Below, piece by piece: positions 27,601 to 41,311 of a stretch of DNA of 64,000 bases. Numbering within the stretch: the first letter of the stretch is position 1; every line of letters starts with the position of its first letter. The translations under genes were made by a program, and so were the position numbers. A model generated the notes under the pieces. The model was not told the DNA's origin. It saw only the letters and a program-made list of their open reading frames with translations, and made no database searches. This DNA comes from Parasitella parasitica NRRL 2501 (Eukaryota > Fungi > Mucoromycota), in NCBI GenBank assembly GCA_025201805.1, contig MU619312.1, forward strand, positions 73,676 through 137,675. The letters are read 5' to 3'.

Positions 27601-27995
27601 TAATCTACCGAGAAAAGAAATGATATCTGCCCATTCGTTCACGGCATCGAACGACTGAAGGTTCTTTTCTATTAATTGTACATATTTTCTATACCTCGAG
27701 TCGTTTTGAAATGCTTGCTTGATTGTTAAAATGGAAATTAGAATACAAAAGATTGGGTTTACCTTGTTCTGTTAGTTGAGGGCCTGTTTAATATATTAGT
27801 TGCAATCGCGCATACTTTGGCTGTGTTTTGGCCTTTTTTTTTGCTGGTTGACTTACTTGGGATTTCAGGAGAGCTGTCCATGTTGTTGTTGCTTTCGCTT
27901 GTGCTAGTGTCTGAATTATTGTCGTTTGCTGCTCGCTGGGAGATTTTTTTTAGTAGCTTTTGTGAGATTGAGAGCAAGTTGTCACTATCGCTCAT
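21614..27995 (-). CDS. DOP1: Dopey (Dop1/DopA) Golgi-endosome trafficking protein
   Basis: N-terminal EWADIISFLGRL and KRLAQCLNPGFPAGVHQKTLEVY, RKDMSLNRRLYAWL, and C-terminal LNLRRLSF...FWP. Confidence 0.93.
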
Positions 27996-28144
27996 GCCTC
28001 CTTTTTCAAGTTGGGTGCTAATAGTCAGGAAGAAAAGAAGAAAGGACACAAGTTTCTTAGAGTTTTGGCTTATTATATAACACACAAATCCATTCAACTC
28101 CGTGTTTTTTATTTCATGATGCTCATCACGTGTAGCGAGATGGT

Positions 28145-29655
28145 TTAAAAGTTATGAGTTCTCTTTTTCTTGCCCACTCTCTTCTTTGATGCATTCGGAT
28201 TTTTACGTCCGTAGCCAATAGTGTCGGTGCCAAACATGTTGTTGGTCACCTCTTTCGTATCTAATTTACCGTACAATGGGATGAAATCAGGATCAAACAT
28301 GTCCACTACCGTCTTCTTGGATTTTCTCTGTGTGGCCTTGATGTAATCTCGCTGGTCTTCTCTCAACACAATGTTGTTGGATTTGCGGCCGCCCTTGGGA
28401 GGAGGAATGTCATACACTGTGCCACGAAGTCTGTACTGAAAATTCTTTTTCAAGTGATATGCAATTTCACCTTTACTATTTGTACTGCATGTAACACGCT
28501 GAAGCGTCGCATTGCCACATTTAGGACAGAACTTCTTTTCTAAATCATTGGTAACAAAGAAACAGGCGTGGCATCGCATCACTGAGTTTCTGATCTTTTT
28601 GACTCTATACCCTCCAGCAGACACCAAGTTTAAATTCATCTGTAACAACACATTCTGCATGGCAAAATCTGCAGTCATACAACCAACTGCCATTACAGCC
28701 TTCCTTTTGAGTTCATCAGCGGTGACACCAATCTCGGCTGCCTTATATTCATCCACATTATCGGGTGTAATCCAGTCTCCACCATCTGAATCAGAGTCGT
28801 CTTCTGTTAGAGGAATTTGTGCTATCTGTTCATTAATATTGCTCTTTTCAAGCGCTGCAGAAAGCTCATCTTGTTCACTTTTAGCATCATCTTCCTCCTT
28901 GACATCTTCCATTTCCACATGCTTCTCTTCCTTGACAGGCTCCTCCTTTTCCGGCTTTTCGCTCCTGTCAACAGGCAGCACTTTTTTGGGCGTGTTGTTG
29001 TATTTTTTAGCAGGAGCTCTCTTTGTATTGGTGGCGATCTCCCAGCCATCTTCGTCTACTTGTTTTTCTAATTGAGGTCTTTTGAGAAAAGACATTGGTG
29101 GGGGTGCGCTTGGAAGAGATCCACTAGGTCTAGACTGATTCAAACATTAGATTTTGGCCCACACATGTCTCGGGGAAACAGCTTACGACAAGAGGCTCTG
29201 CACGAATATTGGCATCTCCATTTTCTCTCTTCTCCAAAGTATATGTAAGAGCAAGCACTTTCAAATCAGGTTGTGAGAGTACCCCATAATCACCAGTCTT
29301 TTTGGAAAATTCGGTAACTGTGACAGGTTGTAAATGTCAAGGAACATTCTCGACATGAATCCAGCTCAAACTTACCAAACTTGATTGCTTCTTCCGTAGG
29401 ATTCAAAATCTTCAATTCAAATGGTAACCGGGACAAGAATTCTCTAGAATGTGCACTTCTCAATTCGTAAAGAACTTCGGGGCATGTGTAAAACTCCTCG
29501 GCCATGTTTCTTAATGACATGCCGTTGATAATGGCATTTGTATCAATAATAAGGCATTTCAAGGTAGAGCTTGATCGAGTATCCACTTGCTGCTGTTGCT
29601 GTTCTTGTTGTTTCTCGGTGGCGGTGGTAGGTGCTGCTCCGATTACTTCAGACAT
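28145..29655 (-). CDS. NOB1: 20S pre-rRNA D-site endonuclease Nob1
   Basis: PIN domain (IIDTNAII...PEVLYELR; KKTGD..LSQPDLKVLALTY), GGDWITP, DFAMQNVLLQ and zinc ribbon CHACF...FCPKCG. Confidence 0.95.
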
Positions 29656-29819
29656 ATTTCAAAAATCAAGATGAAAGATCGAGGAGCATCCTGAATGGCA
29701 AGAAAAAAAACTTTTGGCATCATGAATAAAGGTCACTTAGATGGTCACATTGAAAGCTTTCTAATCTGCATTGCCTTTGCAAGGCTGTCTGTTTACGAGC
29801 CAATCATTCTAACAAAAAG

Positions 29820-31053
29820 ATGGATTATACAGTAGATGATACCGTGCTGTTTTATGGCGTTATCAAGAACATTAAACATGTGCTAAAGTTAATAAAAACA
29901 TTAGATATCAAGAATGTAATTTTGCAAGATTACGCTCAATACATTTGCTACTGATTAATTTGCGATTAGGTAATATCAATGTACATTCATGATGAAGGAA
30001 TCATCTTGTCAGTAGAGGATCAACGTTCAGTAAAAGCAATAGCCTATTTCAAATTACACTTATTTCATTTATTCAACTTCAAACAAGATGCTATTATACC
30101 CGCTTTTGGCCTGCCTGTTGATGTTCTCTCCAACGGTCTTCGCATCATGTTGCCCGCTGCAGAAACTATCAACGTATTGCAGGGCTCAAACGATTATTGT
30201 GAAGTAACGTATGATGGAACAGGCTCATATCTTACATTAAGGCACGTACTTGGCATGGATTGATGTTTGTACGTTATTAATACTCTTGCGAAATGCTAGA
30301 CGTCTGATTCGGGAACCCAATACCCAGCAGCATCAAACCATGAAATGCGAACTAATTCCATTTGAACCCGAAGAAGAGAGCACACAATTACAGTTTGAAG
30401 ACTCTACAGGCGAAGAATCACAGAGAATGATTATGAAAGTAAGTCGAACTAAAGCCATTACCGATATTACCTTCAACACTAACCTGTGGCACAGTCAATT
30501 TGGTTTAAAGATTTGATGAATGATTTGGATTCTGGATACCATAAAATCAGCTTAACCATGTCGCCGAATGACCCACCTTTCAAAGTTGTTGCTGAAGGCG
30601 CTGATCTTTTGACAGAAGCAGACTGCCCTCAAGATTCCGAGCCTTTCATTAACTTTGTATGCAACCGGGAATTGACATTCAGGTAAGTAGAGTTAGAAGT
30701 TACACAGAGATTTGATAATCTAAAAGTGACTGATCTGGCGATAATCTACTCTAGCTACCTCTATTCTCATATAGTACAATGTAAGAAAGCTCTCGACCTG
30801 TCAAACGAAGTATCCCTCGAGATGTACAACAATGGAGCACTTCGATTGTTTGTAGGTTATTCGTTTTTAAAATGTCTTTTTTTTTTTTTTTTACTTACAC
30901 CTTCAATAGTTTCAGATTGAAGGACCTCTCGGTAAACTTGACACTATCCAGTTTAACGTAAGCATTTCTTATATAACATTACTCACACAATGTGCTAATA
31001 AATTGCACATTTCAAATATATCATAGTTTCTTCCATCAACGAATGTTACCTAG
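29820..31053 (+). CDS. 9-1-1 checkpoint clamp subunit Rad1/Rec1-like, multi-exon, divergent
   Basis: GIILSVEDQRSVKAIAYF...F..F, YDGTGSYLTL, MKSIWFKDLMNDLD and Y.YSHI..CKKAL.LSNEV..G.L.L fit the PCNA-like Rad1 pattern. Confidence 0.68.
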
Positions 31054-31269
31054 AAAGGAAATCCATCGGAGATTGGAGGCATGATGGATCTGTTTTCTTT
31101 TGCACATCGATACTTCTCCAAACAAAAGTTTTCCATTTTTTCGTTAGCATGTTAGATTGCCCAGCATATTCGCATAATAAAGTCACATCTACCTTATCCA
31201 TCTTTGTAGCAACAATTATAAATAGTGGCTATATATCTTTTACCTCCACTTTTAGTTTATTTCAGATAG

Positions 31270-32586
<1,317 letters not shown>

Positions 32587-33699
32587 TCACATAAAATCAT
32601 TATCTATATTTCTAGAAAAATTATTTTTCATACCATTGTTTTTTTTTTGTATATTATTAACACATATTATTAAAGCTCGTGTCTTACCTTGATTGTTATA
32701 CAGTATCTTTGTTTGTCTATTTGTTACCTATCAATCGGGTTCTTCAAAAAGTATTATTATTTTCTCACGAAGGACATGTCTGCTTTAGTTTCAGATGTGT
32801 GATGTGCTTATAGATGCAATAGCTCATCTGTCAATCAAATATGTGTGATCCTTGACTAATCATCAATGCTGAACGAACGTTGTTTCGCAGGATAAGGCAG
32901 ATGGTTAAGAGTAGCATAAATCAACTTCCTTTTGTGAAATTCAGTCAAATTAAATTCATGTTGAAGCAGTGCGGATCAGCTATCATCGAAGCAGGATAGA
33001 ACCATATATCAAATATCAAATTGTACAAATAACGTTGGAGAAAATTTTAAGCATTTTCTTGATTGACACCCATGTCAATCTTAGCTATTTCTTTCAACAA
33101 TTAACATCGTGTATCTGGAAAATTACATTTTCTATCACCTATAATCATCGGCTGTGCTCATTTTTAGAGCCTCCTCAAGCTACACGTTTGAAGATATTAG
33201 ATTATAGCCTGTGCTAAAATCACCGTAGAACCGAGATCTAACTTGGAAAACTTAGCGTTGACTTGGCGCTATCTGGAAACAACGTTAGCTTCCATGTTTT
33301 TATTGATATCTGATTTATCAGAATGAGAAATTATTCAAATAAAACGGTTGTGAATTAATCAGGTAGAGATCTTGTTTATTACATGGAAAAAATGATGGTT
33401 TATATACTAGTGAATCTAAGTGGACTGATGGGAGGATAAGATACAAGTGTGTGACATGGTGTGATTTAGAGAATGGAACGATAGATTGTACCCGGTATCT
33501 ATTGTCCATGAACATGTCATGTTGAGTTATAAATAAGGAACATGATCCATTGGGATATGTTCCTGAATTGTGTTCAGGATTGAGTTTACTTGAGTTTGAC
33601 TTCCGGTTGGGAAATTGACACATAGTTAATAAAGAGTGTTTTGAACCGTAAATCTTTTAATAGTATGTATCACATAATCGTGAAATACAGAACAAAATA

Positions 33700-35400
33700 A
33701 TTAATGCATTTATCGCTAGAATCATTCCTTACTGCTTGGATATATTGGATAATTTCAAGGCATTGCCTGTATTAGTAGTGGCCAGCATTGATGGTATTTT
33801 GAGCAAGGATTTTTGCAGTTTTGTATTAGACAAATAGGATGGCAGTCAAGTTACACGCATCTTTGCCCGTAGTGTACGAAGAAAATTTAAACATATACTG
33901 CGGATTCCATTGTAAAACACATTGGCATATGATTTTATTATCCCTCAAGAGAAAAATATTATGATTCTTGATGAATCATCATCTACATTTCACGATAGAT
34001 TATTATGAAAAAAACCCCCCCAACTATTTTTGCAGATAACTTTTGATCGACACTTTGTCTAGTAGAAACCAAACAATGCTCAGATAGCCATGATCATGTC
34101 TGTTTTTATAAAGCATAAAATAGGCTTTATTTGGCACTTTAATGAAGCCTATCAGCGATTATACATGAAAATTTGTGAAATCGAGCTTGAAATAAATACT
34201 ATTTAATTGAGCTGAAGAGGGTCTGGGGGAGGGGCACTCTCCCACAAGAGAGGGCCCATATTTACTGACGAAGTATTTGTAGGCATCAACTTCACTTTTG
34301 GCTGGAATGTCCTTGTTGTGCTATTGATCAAATATATCATCGAATGAAAAAGGTGTTGTTGTATCTTCGAGCTCGTCTTGACACAGACTTTGTGTCTACT
34401 ATCAACAAGTGGCTCCTGAAAATTACCAACCAAAGGACCCAAATCATGGTTTTTCTTTCTTAAAGGATTTGCATACGTATCAAACATGAATGTTTTTTCC
34501 AGCATTTTTGTCTAAATGACAATTGCAATTATTGATGAAAAATGGCGGTATGGTCTGCTTAGGTTCTACACATAGAACTTGTGTAGATGGCTCTAACAGA
34601 TTCTGCTATTTTCATACCTTAATTGCGAACCGAAAAAGGAAAACCTTTTGCTTGGATGGTAAGAAATAGCGTGCCTATACCCTATTCACTTCTGGCTAGA
34701 ATACTAAGGGACCCTGAAGGAAAATAGGAGATGCAAGAATTTCAGCATTATATCTAAGAAATTTACCTTTAAAAAAATAAAAGCACAATCCTGGAGAAAA
34801 GGCAATTATAATATTGACACCAACAACTACATTGAGACGTGGCACAGACACTTGAAAGAAGTCTACTTGATGAATATCAAAAAGCAAGGGACGATGTGCT
34901 TCGTGATATGATGCAAGATCATTTAAGAACCACGTCAGGCATTCAAGCAAGATAAATTAACGATACTGCGAAAAGCACTCAATGATATGGAGGCAGATGC
35001 CTTAGTCGCTTCTCAAGGCAGCTTAATTCAAATTTTGTCATTTCCTTCTGATGTTAAAAGCTATAAAATCGATGATGACCTTCAGCTAAATAGAACAAAA
35101 ATACATTTGCATGGATTATCAAACTAACAAAGCTACTTGTAAGCAAATGTACCTTGTAAGTAAATATCTAAACGATACTTCATCTTATTATTAATAATCT
35201 TAAATGCTCTGTCGTACTAGGAGCATAGTGTTAACAACATTACCTTGGCCAAAAAGATGCTCACTTTCCAATGAGTGCAGTATAAAAAGACACAAGGAGC
35301 AAATTGTAATCAATACAGCTATACAGCAGGAAAAAAGACAGGAATTGTTGTTTGAGGAGTAAGTATCAGAACTGTCATTCAGTGTATGATTAATTATGCT
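33700..35400 (+). mobile_element. Decayed MULE/Mutator transposase with SWIM finger (boundaries approximate)
   Basis: Fragments IWHFNEAY (~34130), DTNNYIETWHRHLKEVYL (34816-34869) and SWIM-like ICMDYQTNKATCKQMYLV (35105-35158), with many stops and frameshifts. Confidence 0.7.
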
Positions 35401-36924
35401 TCTATAGGTCTCACTGAAGTAGACTATAGTGTTTCTACTGGTCCCTATATGAATAAATGGCAGAATACTTGAGATAAAGTTTTCAACAAAATGAAAGCAT
35501 GCAAGTATGTAGAAACAACAAGTTAGGAAGCCACCAAAGTATATTTCACAAAATGTCAATAAATAATCATAACGTTACTATTAAATAGTTACCAGCTATT
35601 ATTAGTTAAAGGAGAAGGCTTTGAAAGTTTTCGACACAAGTATTATGGATTCTGATACGCCAAGTCGCTATCACTTGAACACTACTTATAAGAGATATAA
35701 AGAAGGGGTAACACACAATAAGAAAAAAATATATGGGATCAAAGGCTATGTTTATTATCTTCGTAGGCTGGTGAAAGTCATCTTGTTTGATTGTTTACTA
35801 GTTTTCTCACTTCTTGCTGACACCCGCTTACAACGCGCCATCATCCCACCCGTGTGAGTTACTCGAGCTACTCAAGCTACTCAATTTATGCAAAATTATG
35901 GAAGAAGTATTTTCTGAGGTTTCTCCTTGTATAGTCAAAACCAAACCGAAAAACATGAAAAAAGCCCTTATTTTCGGTTTCCTTGCCTCACTCCTTGCCT
36001 CTGCTTACCTCCCGTTACCTCCCATTACCTTTCTTCACCCATATTTGCCTGCATTTGGCCGTATCTTTTGACCAAATAGCATTCAAGCATTTGTTAAAAA
36101 TTACACGAAAAAACCTACTCTTGTCTTTAACAGAGTAAACTCTATAGCGTATAACTCCATATGAGTATCATTGATCATCTCTTTGACAACCGGATACATA
36201 ATACGATTAGAAGGACTTTCTGGGTGTTTATTCATTAGAAACGGAGCACGAGAACTTATTGTTTCGACGACGAATAACTCATCGTCAACAACAAGATCAG
36301 CAATCTGTCCTGTCCATCTTTATAAAGAAACTGCGATACTTGAAGCCACCAAAGGCTACTATTTATTCGACATGTCTCTTTACTAACAATTTACCAAGAG
36401 CCGATTTCATTGTAACATCTTTATTTCTTGGTCTAATCTCTTGACCTGTTGTACGAGCTTATTGATGGTAGATTCCTTCAAACCTCTGGCAAAACGTGTC
36501 CGTTGGATGCCATATTCATGTGATTTAATCTGGCTCTTTGCCATGTTGCGTTTCTTTAGGGTCTCTTATGCTCTGGATTGTACGAGTCGACAATAGCCTA
36601 TAATAGCTCATGTTTGGTAGTTTTTATCAGCAGTCGCTTTTACTGAATGGCTTCGCTTGCAATTGTTGCAGAGTGCGCGCGTGGTGATGTTATTGCACTC
36701 AATCAATCGGATAATGAGCACATGTAACTGAAACAAACGGATTGAGTAGTTTTTTCATTGTGTTTTTATGCGGGAAAAAAAAGTGGGAGATGGAGACAAA
36801 TTGAGGGGTGTATTGTGTGGTGATAAAAGTAAAAAAAAATTACGTTACATAAACAAAATTGAAGGGACAAGATTAGAAGCACCTGAAATTTCCTTAAAGT
36901 GTACATTAATATATAGACATGAGC

Positions 36925-37459
36925 TTAAAATCCGTGAATCTTGATCTCGCTCTTTTTAGCAATGCCTTCAGTTACTATAAATTCGCCTAGCTTTACACGA
37001 TGGTCGCCTTGCAATTGAATGATCTCGCCGTGCTCCTCGTCTTCAATGACTGTACCGTTACAAGCAAAACTTTTCTTTACTGCTTTCAATAAACGTTTGC
37101 AATCTATTTCTTTAGGTAACCCTTGAAGAGTGGTCAAGGTCTTTCTGCCATTACGTTGTTGAACACGGATATCTAATCAGTATTTGTCATATAGTGTGCG
37201 TAGAAACAGAGAGCGAAAGTTGTTGGTTGGTTTGAAGGGAACGGCGTGGATAAAGAAGAAAAAATAACAGGGTTGCTTGATGAGTCGAAAGCTGCACTAT
37301 ATTCTTTATCTATTACTCACGGAAATAATTTGATTTAGATGTACCCTTGTCTTCCTCGACATCGGCAAAAGGATCTATATTTTATCTGATCTTTTAGTAA
37401 TCGAATAGCAATCGCAAAAGTAAAATCGTACCAAAAGGCTGGTTCAATTCTTCAGACAT
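36925..37459 (-). CDS. SUI1: Translation initiation factor eIF1 (SUI1), divergent copy, 3 exons
   Basis: DPFAD...HIRVQQRNGRKTLTTLQGL...KKSFACNG...IQLQGDHR...IKIHGF. Confidence 0.93.
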
Positions 37460-37671
37460 GCTTTAAAAACGGATGGATGGATGTATTGGAAAGAGAAGAA
37501 AAGGGATAGTCGTGTTGCATTTGATGTCGCCTCTTCTCTACCCGGGCTGATTTGCCATTACAGTGCCACCGAAACATGACTTTGCGAAATGTTCAAGTTC
37601 CGAGAATCAAAGCATAAGAATGTGCATAAACCAAATGCCTCTTTTTTTTGCTTCTTTTCTTGGTATTCAAG

Positions 37672-39166
37672 ATGGTCAAACCATGCATTTTATCAGCAAC
37701 GTGCTTCTTTATTGTCCATGCAAGTTGCCAACAGCAGCAGCATGAGCAACGAATGACCGCAATACCTGGTACAAAGTTGCCGGATCAAGCCATCTCACTC
37801 AGCTTAGCAACGGTTGCCACTGCACCATTGTCGCAAATTGACAGCATCTTACCTTTCAAATCATTTGGATTATTCACATACAATAGCTCTGATACTAACT
37901 CAAATACCATGTCTGGCATCCATGCTAGTGCAAGCGTCAGCAGTATTATGCCTTCCACAATATCGGCAAGCTACAGTAAAGAGCTTGTTCATGCTGCACA
38001 AGTGGATAGAGAACCCAGCAGCATTTATGCCATCACAAACTCAATAAACACAGTCAGCAGCTCGTCCGTAACTGAAAGTCGACTAACTGAGAGCAGTTCT
38101 GTTCCTAGCCTGCTTGATAAATCTCCTGGAGAGACTAATTCAGCGAAGAATGATGCTCCTATGCCAACAAAAAATACTCGGACAAACACCGTCTTATCAA
38201 CCAATATTTTACCCAAGGTTAAAGATACTACGATACAATTAAAAGAAACAAAACCTCCAGTTCTACCAAACAAAGCTAATGTAATATCAACGCCAAATGC
38301 CACTACTACAGTGACAGCCACCATAATAAAATCTGTAAAAACCACCGAAACAGTTACTATTACTGCAGAAGAAGCTGTTGACCAACGTATGAAATCATGC
38401 TACCGCAAGAACAAAAAGGTGTCGTTTTCTCAATATTGGATACCTAAAGAGAACGAGTGGGATGAAACAAACAGCGGAAAAAGAGTCTTTTTAGGTGGAA
38501 ATGAAAAGGTAAAATTAAAAGACAAAAACAACAAACTCCTAGGCATGGTCCCAGTGGATATGTACGATAAATGTCAAATGGAAGGCACGGTAGGTTCGGT
38601 AGAAAGGATCGTGTACACAAGACTCAAATTCTGTCTACATATGTATGCTTTAGTGCTTGTTGGAAAATGGCGACCTAATCAACATTGACAACAGCACCAA
38701 TAGCTTTATCAAAGTAGGCGGACAGGGACGTGAGCATAATGTCTTTGGCTTGGGATCTGGAGCTCAAAATTTGGTGCCTTACATCAGTGTAGCGGCTAAT
38801 GATATCCCATATGGTCAAAAGCTGTACATTTCTGAATTGGATGGTTTAGACTTGGGAGCAGGCATCAAGCACAACGGCTGCGTGCGAGTGGATGATGATA
38901 GCTGGTCTTTTGATTGTAAGAAATGGCCTGAACTTTAACGTGTTTATATCGCAGCTCACAATGTACATACATTAGCTTGTCAGGTTGACTTTTTTGTCCT
39001 GTCCTATGTCGATTTTCTGTGGCTCGATCTGGACGATGAGGTATCTGTCAAATACTCTGACTGTCAATTGAAGAATTACGTTACGAAGCAGCATTTGGCG
39101 CTCGTCAAAGCGTCGTCCAATGAAAAGATTATACCGTCGCTAATGAATGACAAATACAGGCCCTAA
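37672..39166 (+). CDS. Secreted Ser/Thr-rich protein with C-terminal 3D (MltA-like) domain, 3 exons
   Basis: Signal-peptide-like start and S/T-rich linker, then FSQYWIP...KCQMEGTC...LVPYISVAANDIPYGQKLYI.ELDG...HNGCVRVDD...QVDFFV. Confidence 0.7.
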
Positions 39167-39337
39167 ATTAAACAATAAAACCTTTAATTGAGTTATCTAC
39201 ATGCATTTGATTGTTACTCCTGATGATTGAGACTGGAATTTCAGCTTCTCCGAATACATTGTTTAAAATTTTTAATAAAAAAATGCCTTGTCAATTATAT
39301 TTTTCTTCTCCTTTCCTTCTTTTCTGCTTCCTCAAAA

Positions 39338-41216
39338 ATGACTGTATTGAATTCAACATTAAAAGCCCCATTTGGCGTGGTTGATATGGGCTCGAATGGC
39401 ATTCGATTCGGCATAGTGACAGCGTTTGCCAGACATCTGCCAGTAGCATACGAGGAAAGAGCTCCCATCTCACTGCTAGAAGCGCAAGGCGATGAGCATT
39501 ACATTCCTGCAGAAACAATTGATCAAGTCATTACCAGCTTCTTGCGCTTCAAAACGATTTGCAGACATGAAAATGTGGATCCTCACAATGTCAAAGTCAT
39601 CGCAACCGAGGCTACTCGAATAGCATCCAATTCAGGTGAGTTCTTATCGAAAATCAAAGAAGCTACGGGTTGGACAGTCGAAATACTATCAAAAGAACAA
39701 GAGGCCACGATTTCTTCCATGGGCATTGTTGGTAAGTGAAAACATGTTCTCCAAAGCTTTCAAAGTGTATAACACATCAAATTGGTATTTTTTTTTTTTT
39801 TTTTTTTTCAATGTAGGCTCTTTCTATAGAGTAGATGGGCTGACTATGGATCTGGGAGGCGGATCTGTTGAACTTAGCTTTGTCACATCAAAAGGCTCTT
39901 GTTCTCCACTATCAGAAGACTCAGAAAGACCCAAGAAGCGAGTAAAGACATCTGCAAGCCCTGTGTCACTGCCTTATGGCGCTGCCATTATGAGGAAACG
40001 ACTATCAGCATGTTCCAATGACAGGGAAAAGGCCGATCTGTATCAGGAGATTGTTCAACAAGTCGCACAAGCCAAAGTAACCACCAATATTCCAAGTCAT
40101 CTTAGAGACCATGATGGCTACACATTGTACATGAGCGGAGGAGGATTCAGGGCATTAGGATTTTTGAATATGGGCCTCACAAAAAGCAAAGACGGCACGG
40201 TGAAAAAGGGTTCGTACCCGATTCCAATAATCAGCGGCTACAGTATCACAGGTGAGCAGATGGCAGAATTAGTGGATAAATACAAGGATCGCGATCCTGA
40301 CGAACTGGTGCATGAACTCAAAGTTTTCCGTATTTCCAAGCGCAGAACGAGAATGCTGCCAGCGACCTGCTTCCTTGTCTCTGCTATAATGAAGGTGATC
40401 AAAATCAAAGACATCTACTTTAGCGAAGGTGGTGCTCGGCAAGGTATTTGCTATCACATGCTGCCGTACAGCGAGCAAATCAAGGATCCACTTTTGGAAG
40501 GCGTCAAGTCTTATGTATCACCATTGCCTCATGCACTATCATCGAATGAATTTAACACTGTGATGCACGCCTTGAACGGTGCCATTCCACCACTTTATCT
40601 TTCCCCTGACCACCCTCTCCAGCTCCACCGACTCGTGCCAGCTGCTGTTCACCTTGCAAACCTAACCACACACTATCCCAAAGAGACACGTGCATTTGTA
40701 GCGTTCCATATGCCACTTGCCAGCGGCCCATTAGCGAATATTCCTGGCCTTCTTCACTCCGAGAGAGCCATCTTGGCGTTAATGCTTGCATACCGCCAAG
40801 GAGGAGATGTGCCTGACCCCGTCTTTAACGCAATCGAAGCTATGATTGGCAAAAATGGCGTCTCTGTGTGCAAATATGTTGGCAGGTTGATGGAAATCAT
40901 GTTCATGATCTCTCCTCGTCATCCTGGATGGGGTTTGGAAGAAAGTGAAATCAAATTTCGTCTAGTTCGTCAGGAATCTGAAGACGATAGCACAAGCCCT
41001 CTTTCCTCGCCCATCACACCCCACACCAGACAGTATTATACAACTTCAAAATTGGAGATTGTGATGCCCAAGAAACTGAGCCCCATGTTGGACGCACCTG
41101 CAGTCATTTCAGTGATTGAAAGTATGGATAAAAAAGTCCAACCCAAGAAATTTGACATGGATGAAGAAACCCAAGATGTTCGAAATAAACTGTTTACTGT
41201 GACAATCGTTCACTAG
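39338..41216 (+). CDS. RTG2: Ppx/GppA-family protein, Rtg2-like
   Basis: GVVDMGSNGIRF...ARHLP...ERAPISL, ATEATR, MDLGGGSVEL, SGGGFRALG and EGGARQG. Intron at 39732-39816. Confidence 0.8.
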
Positions 41217-41273
41217 TCGTTTCCACACGGGTAATTTATTCAAATCATGTATCGAGGGATCTTCTCTCTTTTC

Positions 41274-41277
<4 letters not shown>

Positions 41278-41304
<27 letters not shown>
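41278..41304. repeat. (TA)n microsatellite
   Basis: Direct read; lies immediately left of the transposon end. Confidence 0.9.
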
Positions 41305-41305
<1 letters not shown>

Positions 41306-41311
41306 TGTATA

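Noticed and set aside
28512-29075. Antisense ORFs over NOB1 and other genes
   Set aside because: Shadow ORFs of real coding strands, with no independent motifs.
34203-34505. Minus-strand ORF inside the MULE as a LINE fragment
   Set aside because: Plausible insertion, but no diagnostic RT or endonuclease motif.
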